From: Candidatus Omnitrophota bacterium
GTDB lineage: Bacteria > Omnitrophota > Gorgyraeia > B26-G9
Length of the DNA stretch: 64,000 nucleotides
NCBI GenBank assembly: GCA_018817165.1
Contig: JAHITY010000072.1
Span: 49,164-113,163 of the forward strand
Direction: 5' to 3'
Part shown: positions 20,027 to 35,200 of the stretch, one piece after another
Numbering within the stretch: position 1 is the stretch's first letter
Layout of the letters: each line of letters begins with the position of its first letter
The notes under the pieces: generated by a model
Seen by the model: only the letters and a program-made list of their open reading frames with translations
Database searches by the model: none
Told to the model about the DNA's origin: nothing
Position numbers and translations under genes: made by a program

Positions 20027-20043
20027 TTGGCATAGCTATTGCT
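20027..20043 (+). promoter_or_regulatory. Sigma54 (-24/-12) promoter of the giant-protein operon
   Basis: TTGGCAT-AGCTA-TTGCT matches TGGCAC-N5-TTGCW; a bEBP gene lies nearby. Confidence 0.8.
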
Positions 20044-20080
20044 CTATAATACTGAATATCTTTATTTTTAAAATTAAGGT

Positions 20081-20270
20081 GCAGTATGTTAAAAAATACG
20101 AAAAGGGAATAGTCTGTTAAGAAAAATGAAAAAATAGTATGCTAAGAAATATGAAAAAGGAATAGTATGCTAAGAAAAATGAAAAAAGAGCAGGATGTTA
20201 AGAAAAATGAAAAAATAGTATGTTAAAAAATACGAAAAGGGAGTAGTATGCTAAGAAATACGAAAAAGGT
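20081..20270 (+). repeat. Seven-unit 25/28-nt tandem repeat, each unit a mini-ORF copy of the giant gene's first codons
   Basis: Unit starts at 20086, 20114, 20139, 20167, 20195, 20220, 20248; consensus TAG-T-ATG-YTA-ARA-AAW-AYG-AAA-ARR-(GAR). Confidence 0.9.
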
Positions 20271-23200
20271 TAATAATATAGATTTTCCTAATAATCTGTT
20301 AAAATTTTGCTTAACTTTTTTGTTTTTTATTGGACCTTTAATTATCTTTACATCTTTTGCGCAAGCTGATGTGCCTGTGTTTATGGCTTATTCGCAAGCA
20401 AGTGCTACCAGTGGAGGCACTATTAATGTTACTAAGCCTTCTGGGACTGTACAGGGTGATTTACTTATTGCCAGTTATGTATCTGATGACATATATACCT
20501 TAACCGCGCCCTCAGGTTGGACGCTTATTCAAGGCGGATATTCAAATCCGGTTGATAATACGCCAAGTTTTGGTGTCTGGTATAAGATCGCCGATGCTTC
20601 AGAACCGACCAGCTATACATTTTCTTCAGGGGGAAACGATGACCAATATGTAGCGATTCTCAGATATCAAGGCCATGATCCGGCAGCGCCGATAAATAAT
20701 TCGGCAATTGCTTATTCCACTGGCAGCAATGCTCCTACAGCACCTTCAATAAATACTACGAGGGAAGAGTGTGTTATTTTACGGGTGTTTGGGGCTGATG
20801 ATGATGATACTCCGTATAATGTTCCGGCTGGATATTCGGAGCGCTATAATGGGAAAAGTACTGCCAGTAATAGTTCCTGCGGAGGTGCAGGCGCTGATAC
20901 TACACAGGCTTTGCCCGGGGCAACTGGGACCGCTGCTTTTTCGATGAATGCTATTGAAGAGTGGATGGCTGTAACTATTGCAATAGCTCCGCCGCCAAAG
21001 CCAAATGTAAATATCACAGTCACCCCTAACCAGACAAAGGCTCAGAACAGCGGCGGTTTGGAGTTTAAACTTGTTTTTGATCAGGTGATGAATACTTCAA
21101 TAGCGCCGGTGGTAAGTTATGACCCGGCAGGAGTACTCGGAGCCCAGTCGTGTACTGGAGGAACATGGTCAACTACGACACTGACAAATGATACATACAA
21201 AGTTTACAATGACAATCCGATAACTGATTCTACTGGTGATGGCACAGCCACGATAAGCGTGAGTGCAGCTAAAAGCGCAGCAGGGGCAATAATGAACCCT
21301 GATACGAATGACACTTTTCTTATTGATGCGACTGTTCCTATTAATCCTACACAGCCTTGCAGCGCATGGAATTCTAGCAGTAAAATAAATTCGATAGCCA
21401 ATGATACTTGGCAGGAAGCAGATAATACGCCTTATTTTGAATGGTCAGGCGCAACAGATACTGGCGGCACAGGAGTCAACGGTTATTCGGTTTATTGGGG
21501 AAATGACGCGTACGGTGAACCAGCATTAATCCAAGAACAGTCGGCCAGCAATTATAATGTTTCCTCAGGAACGGCAGATGGGGTTTATTATCTAAGAGTT
21601 AGAACTTTTGATATTATTGGTAATTACAGTCAGTCGGTAACTTTGTTTACTTTTCGCTATGATGCCGGTGTTCCTTTAAATCCGGATATTCCCTGTGCTG
21701 CTTGGCAATCAAATCTAAAAGTAAATCCCATCAGTAATAATACATGGCAGCAAGCTGATGATACGCCTTATTTTGAATGGACCGGTGCTAATGACAGCGG
21801 AGGTTCAGGAATAAGCGGCTATTCAGTTTATTGGGGTACTGATATTAATGGAGCACCAGGAGTAAGTCAAGAACAGGGCAATGCTGATTATGAGATCAGT
21901 ACTCCGACGGGTGATGGGACCTATTATTTAAGGATAAGAACTTTTGATAATCTTAATCATTATAGCGCGCCAATTACTTTATTTACATTTCGATATGACG
22001 CAACTGCTCCTTTGAATCCCACAGTTCCGTGTAATGCCTGGGATTCTTCATCTAAGAATACAGTGATTTCTGATAATACTGCTCAAGGGATTGATTCAAG
22101 TCCTTATTTTGAATGGTCTGGAGCAGATGACGGCAGCGGTCAAGGCGTCAGCGGATATTCAGTTTACTGGGGTATTGACCCAGAGGGCGAGCCGGCAACA
22201 GCACAGGAACAATCAGCGGCAAATTATAATATTGTTTCCGCGGTAAGTGAAGGTACTTATTATTTACGCATAAGGACATTTGATGCTTTGGGACATTACA
22301 GTGATGCTGTAACATTATTTACGTTTATTCTTGATCAAACAAAACCCACGGTCAGCGTGGGTGTTTTGCCTGATCCCTCTGGGCACAGAGCTCCCGGGGA
22401 ATTAGGGTTTACTTTACTTTTTTCTGAATCCATGGATATGGGTACAGATCCAATTGTAAGTTATGATCCTAGCGGAGCAACCGGAGTACAGAACGCAAGT
22501 CTTAATGGGGCTTGGTCAACAACAAATAATCCTAATGATACTTATACTGTTTACAATAGCAATGCGATAAACAGTGCTACCGGAGAAGGCACAGCAACAA
22601 TCTCGATCAGCATGGCAAAAGATATTGCCGGCAATACAATGCTGGCTGACACTAATGATGTTTTCTCGATCAATACAGCGATAGACCATTTTGTAATTGA
22701 GCATGATGGATCAGGATTAATTAATATTCCGGAAACTATAACTATTACCGCGAAAAATATCACTAACTGTACGGTAAATGATTTTACCGGTCAGATAACA
22801 TTAAGTACTTTAAATGAAACAAAACAGATCACCTGGGCTTTGGTCAGCGGCAATGGAACTTTTGTTGATAATGGATTAGGCAATGATTCAGCAACCTATA
22901 CTTTTAATGCCGCTGACAATGGGGTGGTTGTATTGCAGCTTACTTGCAGTGCGGCAAACAACTTGGATATTGAGGCAACGGATGGAACGCATAGTGATGA
23001 TGATACTGAAGGAACCTTGGTTATTTCGACAACGGCTTTAGGCTGGTTTGTGATTGAGCATGATAATGCGGCAGTTGCCGGAGTAAAAGAAGATATAAAA
23101 GTCACAGCCAAAGATACAAATGGCCTGACGAAAACAGATTATGTGGGAACAGTTATTTTAGATACCACGGGAACACCAACAACAATTTCCTGGACGATCA

Positions 23201-26200
23201 GTACTGGACTGGGAACTTTTAGCGAAGGCGGAGCAAGTGTTGATACAGCGCAATACACATTTAATCCCAATGATAATGGTGTGGCTATATTTACTATAAA
23301 GGATACTAAAGCGGAAACTTTGAATATATCGGTTGATGACGCAGGGAAAACTGATAATAATCTTGAGGGTAATCTAGTTATTGCCCCAGGGGCATTGAAT
23401 CATTTTATTGTCAGCCATGATGCTCAAGCCATAGCCGGCATAGCGGACAGTGTGACAATCAGAGCTTATGATATTTATAATAATATTAAAACTGATTATG
23501 TCGGGACAATGACAGTAGATACAAATGGAACAGACAGCGCGATCAGTTGGGCAAAGATCAGCGGTAATGGAATATTTACTGACGGCGGTCCCTCGGCTGA
23601 TACCGCGACCTATGGTTTTGTATCAGCTGACGCGGGGGTAGTTGTTTTAAGTATTACTGATACAAAAAAAGAAACAATTGATATTGATGCCAGTGCTGAG
23701 GGGAAAACAGATACTGATTCTGAGGGGACAATGGTGATCAGTGCCGCGGCAATTGATTATTTTCTGATCAGTCATGATACGGCGGGATCCGCGGGAGTTG
23801 CTGAACAGGTGACTGTTTTGGCAAAAGACAGTTATGGAAATACCAAGACTGATTATACCGGGACAATTACTTTGGATACTAATGGTACGGCAGCAGCAAT
23901 CAGCTGGGCCAAGGCAGTGGGCAATGGAATATTTACGGATAATGGGCCGAGTGTTGATACAGCAACCTATGTTTTTGATTTAACTGACAATGGTATTGCC
24001 GTATTTTCAATAATTGATAGTACCGCTGAATCGATTAATATTTCTGTAAGCGGAGACGCTAAGACAGATAATAATACTGAAGGTAATTTAGTCATCGGGC
24101 CAGCGGTTATCTGGTCATTTCGGGTAACACATGACGGCGCGGGTAATGCTGGGTTAGCGGAAACAGTTACAATTACCGCATTGAACAGTATTGGCCAGAT
24201 AAAAACGGATTATACCGGAACGATTACAATTGATACCAACGGAACAGCTACAGCAATCAGTTGGACTAAATTGATCGGCAATGGGACATTTAATGATGGC
24301 GGTGTGGCTGTTGATACAGCGGTTTATACTTTTTCTGCTTTGGATAATGGTGTGGTAACGCTGGCGATAACGGATAATGCGGTAGAGAGTATTGATATTG
24401 ATGTCAGCGGAAGCGGGAAGACTGATGATGACAGCGAAGGCTTGATGAATATTGATACTGCTTTGCTTGCTTATTTTAGGATAGCGCATGATGGGATTGC
24501 TGTTGCGGGAATAAATGAAAATATTACAATTACCGCCAAAGATACCTTAGGGCAAACTAAGACAGATTATACGGGAACAATATATATAGATACTGACGGC
24601 ACGGCGAATACAATTACCTGGACAAAGATCAGCGGAGCAGGCGGATTTGTCGATGACGGAGCAGCCGCGGATACTTGTGCTTATACATTCAGCGCAGCGG
24701 ATAATGGTGTTGTTGTGCTGGGGATGTCTGATACTTTTACTGAAACAATCAATATCTCAGTATCCGGCAGCGCGTCTGATGATAATACTGAAGGATTATT
24801 ACAGGTTCGTCCCGGAACATTGAGTAAATTTATTATTTCGCATGATAATAATGCGTTTACCGGAATTCCCGAGCATATTACTATAGCAGCTTATGATGGA
24901 TTTAATAATATTAAAACAGATTATACTGGTTCAATCATCGTTGATACCAATGGCACGGCAACAACTATTTCTTGGGCAAAATATCAAGGCGCAGGAACTT
25001 TTGTTGATGGCGGTGCAAGTGTTGATACAGCAACTTATACATACAATTCAGCAGACACGGGAATTGTAACATTGGATATGACTGATATGACTGCTGAGAC
25101 AATAAATATTTCGGTAAGCGGAGGCGGCAGTGTTGATGATAATACTGAAGGCAATCTGGTTATTACTCAGTTTTTACTGGGCAATTGGACTTATAATAAG
25201 GAAGTGACGATTGATCGGACAAAAGTAATGGCTGCTCTGACTGATTTCCCTGTGCTGATAAGTATTGTGGATACAGCTTTGCGGGACAATGCCCGCAGCG
25301 ATGGTTTTGACATTGTGTTTACAGCAAGTGATAAGAATACTAAGTTGGATCATGAAATAGAAAGCTTTGATAAGGCAACCGGGACTTTAGTCGCCTGGGT
25401 AAAAATTCCCAGTCTTTTGGCATCAGCAGACACAAAAATTTATATGTATTACGGAAATCCGGCTGCCAGTGATCAGCAGAATAAAAGCGGAGTATGGGAT
25501 TCATCATACAAAGGAGTATGGCATTTAAATAATGATCCTTCAATAACAGCGCCGCAGGTAAAAGATTCAACTTCTAATAATAATGCGATGACTTCTTACG
25601 GCACAATGACCAATACTGATTTAGTTTACGCGAAAGTCGGCAAAGGAATTGATTTTGACGGCAGTAATGATTACTTTAAAAAAACCAGTCCGGTTGGAGT
25701 GGGAACACCGGGTGATTATACTGTTTCGGCATGGTTTAAATACACTTCTTCTCCGGCAAATTACGGAACGATTTATAATCATAATAATTATTCTCCTCAA
25801 TTTGGTTTTTATAATCAAAGCGTAGCCATGGTTTATCACAGTTCCTTAATTACTTCCAGCGGAACAGCCACGCATAATGATAATCAATGGCATAAGGTTG
25901 ACTATCGCAGAGTAGGGTCAACTGTTTACTTTTATGTTGATGGTGTTTTGCATGGAACCGGCAGTCATACCCGGACATTTCCTACAGCAACATCAGCCTT
26001 GATTGGCTGGTCAAATTACAGCAATGAGTATTGGCTAGGGCAGCTGGATGAAGTGCGCTACTCAACCACAGCGCGTTCTCCGGAATGGATCGCCACAGAA
26101 TATAATAATCAAAATTCACCAGCTACTTTTATAAATGTTGGTTTAGCGGCAACCGCAACAGCAAATCCAGTGATAACGGATACTGTTCCTGTCGGGCAGA

Positions 26201-29200
26201 CAGGTAATTTAATCCTTAATGTTTCGGTTACTAACAATGAAGGAAGCGTTTTAACGATAAACAGCATTACCCTGAATAATGTCGGGACAGCCAGTGATGC
26301 TGAGATAACAGCAGTAAAACTTTACTATGATTCGAATAATTCTTTGGATTATACTCCGGGAGTGGATACACAGGTTGGCAATAGCGGTTTTTCTTCAGGC
26401 ACTAAGATGTTTTCCGGATTTAATATAAATATTTCGGCGGGAGCAACCCAATATTTATTCGCGGTTGTTGATGTGGCTTCGGCTTGCGCTAGTGGTAAAA
26501 TATTGGATGTCTCTATTCCGATCAATGGGATCACTTTTTCTAATGGTAAGAAACTGGCTAGCGCGGTTTTAAATTCCAATGGGACAAGACAGACATATAT
26601 AGGTTTGAATCATTTTGTGATTAATCATGATGGCGCGGCGATTGCCGGCTTAGATGAACATATTACGATTACAGCTAAAGATGCTTATGGTAATACTAAA
26701 ACAGACTATACCGGGACAATAACTGTTGATACTGATGGTACCGCGGAATCAATCTCCTGGTCAAAATACGCAGGTAACGGAGTGTTTACTGACGGAGGTT
26801 CAAGCCTTGATACGGCGACATATACTTTCGCGCTATCAGATGGAGGAGTTGTAGTTTTAAATATCAGCAATCAGATCGCTCAGACAATCAATATCTCGGT
26901 AAACGGTGACGCTAAGAGTGATGATAATACAGAACCTGATCTTAGTTTTTCCGCGGGGTTGGTGGATAAATTTATTCTAAATCATGATCAGGCGGCGATT
27001 GCCGGGCAAGGAGAAACAATTACGATTATTGTGAAAGATAGTTTTGGCAATACAGTGACTAATTATTCCGGACAGATAACTTTGGGAACAGATGGTTCGG
27101 CTGCGGATATTAGCTGGACACTTAATTCCGGTTCAGGCATATTTTTGAATAATGGAGCTGGTGCCGGCACGGCAATGTATACTTTTGATCCGAGTGATTC
27201 CGGAACAGCGAGCTTTGAAATAATGGATAATAAAGCAGAGACAATAAATATTATCGCGGTTGGGGATGGAAAATATGATGATAATAGTGAAGGAGCGCTT
27301 GTTGTGGCGCCTGGAGAATTACACCATTTTGTGATCAGTCATGATCAATCTGCTAATGCCGGCAGCGCGGAAGTGATTTCCATAACAGCTTTAGACAGTT
27401 TAAATAATATAAAAACTAATTATACCGGAACAGTTACTTTGGATACAACAGGGACAGCGACAAAAATTACTTGGGCGCTTAATGCGGGTAATGGAATTTT
27501 TATTGACGGCGGAGGATCATTAGATACGGCGACATATACGTTTAATGCTTTGGATAATGGGATAGCGGTATTTAATTTAACTGATACAAAAGCAGAAATA
27601 ATTAATATTTCAGTTGTTGCCGGCAGTATTACTGATAATGATACTGAGGGCAATATGATTGTTGGACCCGGAGAAATAGATTATTTTCTGATCAGTCATG
27701 ATAGAATAGCGACAACTGATGTTTCAGAGCAAATAATGATCACAGCTTATGATGCTTTTGCGAATATTAAAAATGATTATACCGGGACAATAGGATTAGA
27801 TACCACGGGAACGGTTACGACAATCACCTGGACATTGATCAGCGGTGAAGGGATATTTAATGACTCAGGCCCTTCAGATGATACTGCCAGCTATACTTTT
27901 ACCGCGGATGATTCAGGAGTGGTTATTGTAAGCATTATTAATTATACAGCGGAATCAGTAAATATATCGGTTACAGGAGATGGTAAAACAGATAATAATC
28001 TTGAAGGAAATCTAGTATTTGTTTCTTCCGGGATCGATCATTTTTTAATTGTTCATGATAATAACGCGATTGCCGGTATCGCGGAAAGTATTTCAATTTA
28101 TGCTAAAAACGCTAATGGCGATACCTTGACCAGTTACGGCGGGCAAATTACGATTGATACAACCGGAACCCCCGGAACAATCAGCTGGGCATTACAATCA
28201 GGTACCGGGGATTTTACTGATTCCGGTGCTGCTGATGATACTTGTTCTTATATATATGATGATGCTGATTTGGGTGTAGTTGTTTTGACTATGATTGATT
28301 CTACGGAAGAAACAATAAATATTTCAGTTTTCGGTGAAGCTAAAACAGATAATAATACAGAAGGAAATTTAGTGATTAATCCCGCAGGGCTGCATCATTT
28401 TTCAATCACCCATGATAATAACGCAATTGCTGGAATCGGGGAAACAGTAACTATTCAGGCAAAGGACGCGAATAATAATACTTTAAATACTTATGCCGGA
28501 CAAATTAATCTGGATACAACTGGGACAGCAACAACAGTTACTTGGGCAAAAATTTCCGGTAATGGCAGTTTTAGTGATGGGGGAGCTTTGGTTGATACAG
28601 CAACATATTCGTATGTTGCCGGAGACAGCGGGACTTGTGTTTTGAGTATTACAGATACTAAAGTAGAATCCTTAAACATATCAGTAGCTGGCGGGGGGAA
28701 AACTGACGATGATAAAGAAGGCTTATTAACAATTGGGGCAGGAGCGATTGATCATTTTACAATCAGTCATGATGGAATCGCGGTTGCCGGGGTCGCGGAT
28801 AATGTAACGATAACGGCTTATGATGCTTATGGTAATATTAAGACTAATTATACAGGTCAAATTACTTTGGATACTAATGGTACCGCGACAACAATAACCT
28901 GGGCCAAAGCTGCGGGACTGGGAACTTTTATTGAAGGCGGAGCAGCAGTGGATACAGCGACATATACATTTTTAGCTGCGGATAATGGGCAATGCATACT
29001 TAAAATAACTGATACAAAATCAGAAAGTCTGAATATTTCTGTTATCGGAGATGGAAAAAGTGACAATGATTCAGAAGGTAATTTAATTGTCAGTCCAACC
29101 AGTTTACAGTATTTTATGGTCAGTCATGATACTAATGCTGAGGCGGGAGTAGCGGAAAATATAACAATCACAGCCTATGATCTATATTCAAATATCAAAG

Positions 29201-32200
29201 ATAATTATACCGGGACAATAACTTTGGATACAAATGGAACGGCAACAACAATCAGCTGGTCGAAAGTAACTGGTAATGGTGTGTTTACTGATGGCGGGGC
29301 AGCTGTAGATACCGCTACTTATACTTATACTGACAGTGATAAAGGCATTGTGGTATTAAGTATTAATGACACTAAAAAAGAGAATATTGATATTGATGTT
29401 TTTGGCGGAGGAAAAACCGATACGGATACTGAGGGTATTTTAGTTATAGCTCCGACCAGTATTAATCACTTTGTAATTACGCATGATGGCAATGCTGAGG
29501 CTGGGATAGCGGAAAATATAACAGTTAAAGCATATGATATTTACTCAAATTTAAAAGATAATTATATGGGTACGATCGGCTTAAATACTAATGGAACAGA
29601 GACAACTATAACCTGGGCAAAGATAACTGGTAATGGCGTATTTGTCGATGGCGGCGCGGCTGTGGATACAGCAAGTTATACTTACGCAGATAGTGATGAT
29701 GGTATTGCGGTTTTTTCGATTACAGATACAAAAAAAGAGGTAATCAATATTACTATATCCGGGGATGGTAAAAGCGATACTAATACCGAAGGTGATTTAA
29801 CAGTAGGCGCTTCGGCGATTAATTATTTTACGATTTTTCATGACGGATCAGGGGTGGTTGGTTTGGGCGAATCAATCGCGATTTACGCTAAAGATACTTG
29901 GGGAAATATTAAAGATAATTATATCGGACAGATCACTGTGGATACTAATGGAACAGCAACAGCGATTGCCTGGACATTATCTGCCGGAGTCGGCGTATTT
30001 GTCGACGGAGGAGCGGCAGCTGATACCGCGACATATACTTTCAGTGATGCTGATGACGGTTTGGTTGTTCTGTCTTTAAATAACAGTGTCGCGGAAACAA
30101 TAAATATTTCAGTCAGCGGTGACGGCAAGACAGATGATAATACAGAAGGCAATTTAATTATAAATCCAGTGGGCGGATTAAATACCGGTTATTTATCGCC
30201 AACAGCAAATAGCGGTAATTTTACCAGCCCGGCAAATGCTTATGCTAATGATACCTCGCGGGCAACTTCATCTAATGGGCAATCACAGCAGTATTCTAAT
30301 TACGGGATCAATATTCCTGCGGGATCAACGATTTTAGGGATTGAAGTACAGATGGACGCGTATGCTTCAACTACTACTGGTTTGATCCAAGGACTGGTTG
30401 AATTATCCTGGAATGGTGGAACAAATTTTACTTCCACTGGAAAAATTACTCCGGATATGATTACCTCTGAAGTAACTTATATTTTGGGCGGGCCAACTGA
30501 TATTTGGGGCAGGACATGGACAGTCGCGGATTTAACCAATGCTAATTTTCGTTTAAGAATTAATGCCAGCACCCCTGGGACAACAAGTTATTTATATCTG
30601 GATTGGATCCCGGTCAGGGTTTATTATGATCTGCCGCCAGACGCGATTGCTAATCCTGTCAGCACAAATTCAGTGTCCGCCGGGGCAAGTAATATTTTAA
30701 GCCTTGACATTACGGTTACCAACTCTGCCAGCCAGAATAGAATTATAAATTCTCTGACAATTAATAATACCGGAACTTTATCAGATACAGAGATTGCTTC
30801 ATTAAAATTATATTATGACAGTAATAATTCCGGGGATTATACAGTAAATGTTGATAATCAAGTCGGCTCAGGGGTATTTAATTCCGCCTCAAAAACTTTT
30901 ACTGGCTTAATTATAACTGTTCCGCCCAGCGGTTCGGCAGATCTTTTTGTAGTTTGTCAGATCGCGCAAACTGTAAATGACGCGGATACTTTGGATATAC
31001 AGATCCCGAGCAATGGAATAAGTTTTGCTAATGGAGTTCAAATAGAAGATACAGCATTAAATTCAGCAGGGATAATCCCGGTTTCCTTAGTATTAAATCA
31101 TTTTGTGATTGTGCATGATCAAGCGGCGGTCACTGGTATTCCGGAACAGGTAAGAATCACGGCGCATGATGTTTATGGAAATATTAAGACAGCCTACACC
31201 GGGACAATAACTTTGGATACAAACGGAACCGCAACAGCGATAACTTGGGCAAAAGTCACAGGTAATGGGGTGTTTACAGACGGCGGAGCAGCTGTTGATA
31301 CAGCGACATATATATTTAACGCAACGGATAATGGTACTGCTTTGTTTAGCATTGTTGATAATAAAGCTGAGACAATTAATATTTCAGTCAGCGGAAACGC
31401 TAAAATTGATGATAATACTGAAGGCAATCTTGTGATTTCTTCGGGAGCAATCGACCATTTTCAGATTAGTCATGATAGCGCGGCTGTTGCCGGAGTCCCG
31501 GAAAACATAATCATAACAGCAAAAGACGTGTTTAATAATACGGTTGCTAATTATACCGGACAAATAATTCTAGACACAAATGGCACTGCCGCGGGAATAA
31601 GCTGGGAATTGTTTTCCGGTTTTGGAGTTTTTGCTGATGGCGGTCAAGGAGTTGATACGGCAACTTATACTTTTAATTCCTCGGATAATTCAACTGTTAC
31701 TTTTACGCTTACCGCAACAGTAGCGGAAACTCTTAATATCGCGGTAACCGGGGATGGGAAAGCTGATGATAATACTGAGGCAAATCTGATTGTTTCGGCT
31801 GCGGGTTTGAATCATTTTTTAATTAATCATGACGGAGCAGCGCAAGCGGGAGTAGCGGAGACAATAACAATCACGGCAAAAGATCAGTATGGGAATACGA
31901 AAAAGAATTATACTGAACAGATCAGTTTGGATACCAATGGAACAGCCTCGACAATAGTTTGGGCAAAAATCAGCGGTAATGGTACATTTGTTGACGGCGG
32001 TTTATCTGTTGATACTGCTACCTATACCTATAATTTGGCGGATAATGGCGTAGTTATATTATCACTGAAAGATACAAATCTTGAATCTTTAAATATTTCA
32101 GTTTCCGGATCAGGCAAAACAGATAATGATAGTGAAGGGCTACTTAATGTCGGCCCAGGGATAATTAATCATTTTTCAATTATCCATGATGGTTTTGGAT

Positions 32201-35200
32201 TGCAGAATCAAGCAGAGGAAATCATTATTAAAGCGTATGACGCGTATAATAATATTAAAACTGATTATACAGGATCAATAATTGTAGACACAAATGGGAC
32301 AGCAAATGCTATTACCTGGGCATTGAATGCCGGCAGCGGAGTTTTTAATGATAACGGGGCGAGTGTAGATACAGCGACTTATACATTTAATCTTAGTGAC
32401 AATGGACAGGTTATATTATCGTTGACTGATACTGTTTCTGAAATAATTAATATTTCAATATCCGGTGATACGAAAACAGATGATGATAATGAAGGTGTTC
32501 TGGAAATTGTTGCCGCGGGATTTCATCATTTTAAAATCACGCATGATGGAAACGCGATTGCTGGTATTGCTGAACAGATCATGGTCACGGCTAAGGATGC
32601 TAGTGATGTGACGATTACTAATTATGCCGGAACTATTACTTTGGATACAAATGGCACTGCTACGGAAATAAGCTGGGCATTGCAGTCAGGAACCGGAGCA
32701 TTTAATGACAATGGGCTAACGGTTGATACAGCAACATATACTTTTAATCTGAGTGACAATGGAACTGCGGTTTTTACAATTACGAATACACAGATTCAGA
32801 CAATTAATATAAGTGTTAGCGGCAGTGGGAAAACTGATGATAATACGGAAGGCAATTTAGTTTTTAATCCTCCGGGATTAAAGCATTTTAGGATTACACA
32901 TGATGGTTCAGCAATTGCCGGAGTCGTTGAAAATATTATAATTACCGCGCGTGACGCAAACAGTAATCCAGTTGTGAATTATACCGGGTCTATTACTCTT
33001 GATACAAACGGCACTAGCGGAACAATTGCCTGGTCAAAAATTTCCGGTAATGGCACATTTACTGACGGCGGAGCAGCAGTTGATACAGCGACTTATTCAT
33101 TTGCCGCCGCGGATAATGGCACAGTTACTCTGGGTATAGTCAACACTAAGGCTGAGTTGTTTAATGTTTCGGTCATTGGTGACGCCAAGACTGATGATAA
33201 TTTAGAAGGGGATATTACAGTTATCGCGAATGCACTGAATAAATTTATTATTGTTCATGATGCCAGCGCGCAGGCTGGTATTGCGGAGAATATAATAATT
33301 ACCGCTAAAGACGCTTATGCAAATACAATCATTAATTATACCGGGACAATAAATTTAGATACAAATGGAAACGCAACAACAATCAGCTGGGCCAAGGTAA
33401 CAGGCAGTGGAGTGCTGAATGATGGGGGCGCCTTGGTTGATACAGCTGATTATACTTTTGGGTTGGCGGATAATGGAGTGGTTGTTTTAAGCATTACAGA
33501 TACGACAGTAGAAAACCTGAATATCTCAGTGGCTAGTGATGGTAAATCCGATGATGATACGGAAGGGATTTTGATTGTCGGGGCAGGGGCTTTAGATAAA
33601 TTTATTGTCAGTCATGATGGTTCAGGATACGCGGGTATCGGAGAATTGATCACAGTAAAAGCCTATGATATATACGCAAACATAAAGACAAATTATAGCG
33701 GAACGATCACTGTGGATACTAATGGAACAATGAACGCGATCAGCTGGTCATTAAATTCCGGATTGGGTGTCTTCACTGATGGCGGGGCCGCGGTTGATAC
33801 GGCGACATATACTTTTGTGGCTGGAGATAATGGCTTGGTTGTGCTGATGCTTATTGATACAGCCGCTGAATCTATAGATATTGATATTTCCGGCTCAGGA
33901 AAATTTGATGATGATAGCGAAGGAAATATGTTGGTTTCTCCCAGCGGATTACATCATTTTTTGATTGAGCATGATGCGAGTGCCATGGCCGGTATCGCGG
34001 AAAGTATCAATATTTATGCCAAAGATTATTATAATAATACGCAAAATGATTATACCGGAACGATTACCTTGGATACTACGGGGACAGCGACAACAATTAC
34101 CTGGTCAAATATTTCCGGCAATGGAATGTTTAATGATAATGGAGCAAGTCTGGATACAGCTGCTTATACTTTTATTTTAGCAGATAATGGCTTGGTTAGT
34201 TTTTCGCTTAATGATACTACCGCGGAAATCCTGAATATTTCGGTCAGCGGTGACGGTAAATTTGATGATGATACTGAAGGTGGTTTAACAGTAAGCCCCA
34301 ATGTTTTGAATTATTTTTCAATAAGTCATGATGGGTCGGCAGTGCAATCAATCGGTGAAGAAATAATGGTTACAGCTAAAGATCAATATGGCAATATAAA
34401 AACCGACTATATCGGAACAATTATTCTAGATACGGATGGGGATGTGAATAATATCAGTTGGGAGTTGAAAAACGGGGCAGGGTTTTTTACTGACGGCGGT
34501 TCTGGGGTTGATACAGCGATGTATACTTTTGCTTTACAGGATAATGGAGAAGCTTTTTTTAATATAACTGACAATACAGCGCAAACCATAGACATTGATG
34601 TGAATGATGGTTCGATTATTGATGATGACACAGAGGGCGCTCTTGTTGTACAGGCTTCATCATTAAGTGTGGATATTACGGCTAATACTTTGAGCAGCGG
34701 GTATATAAGTCAAACAGTGACTGATAAATTAATTTTGGATCTTACGCTTACAAATAACAATGTTCTGGCCGCTGACACGATTCAGAGCCTGACGATTAAT
34801 AATAGCGGAACAATCCCTGATAGCCAGATCAGCGCAATAAAACTTTTTTATGACAGCAATAACTCCGGTGAATTTGAACCAGGTATTGATGCGCAGATCG
34901 GGACTAAAGTTTTTAGCGGCGGAGCAGCTGTATTTAATGATATTGATGTATTGATTCCAATTGCCGGAACAGAAGAATTATACGCAACAGTAGATTTAAG
35001 CGGAACGGTTACTAATGGGGCAAGCGTGGATATAAGTGTTCCGATTAATGGAATTAGTTTTGAATTTTCGCCAACAGCTGAAGATAGTATTTTAAATTCG
35101 ACAGGAAGCTATATTGTTGATTCCGTGGGTCCGGGTAATGTTTCCGGCTTGGCAACAAACTCCCATAATAATGCGATCAGCACTTGGAGCGATCCGCAAT

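Noticed and set aside
20081-20270. Repeat array as a CRISPR array
   Set aside because: Units are head-to-tail with no unique spacers, and there are no cas genes in the window
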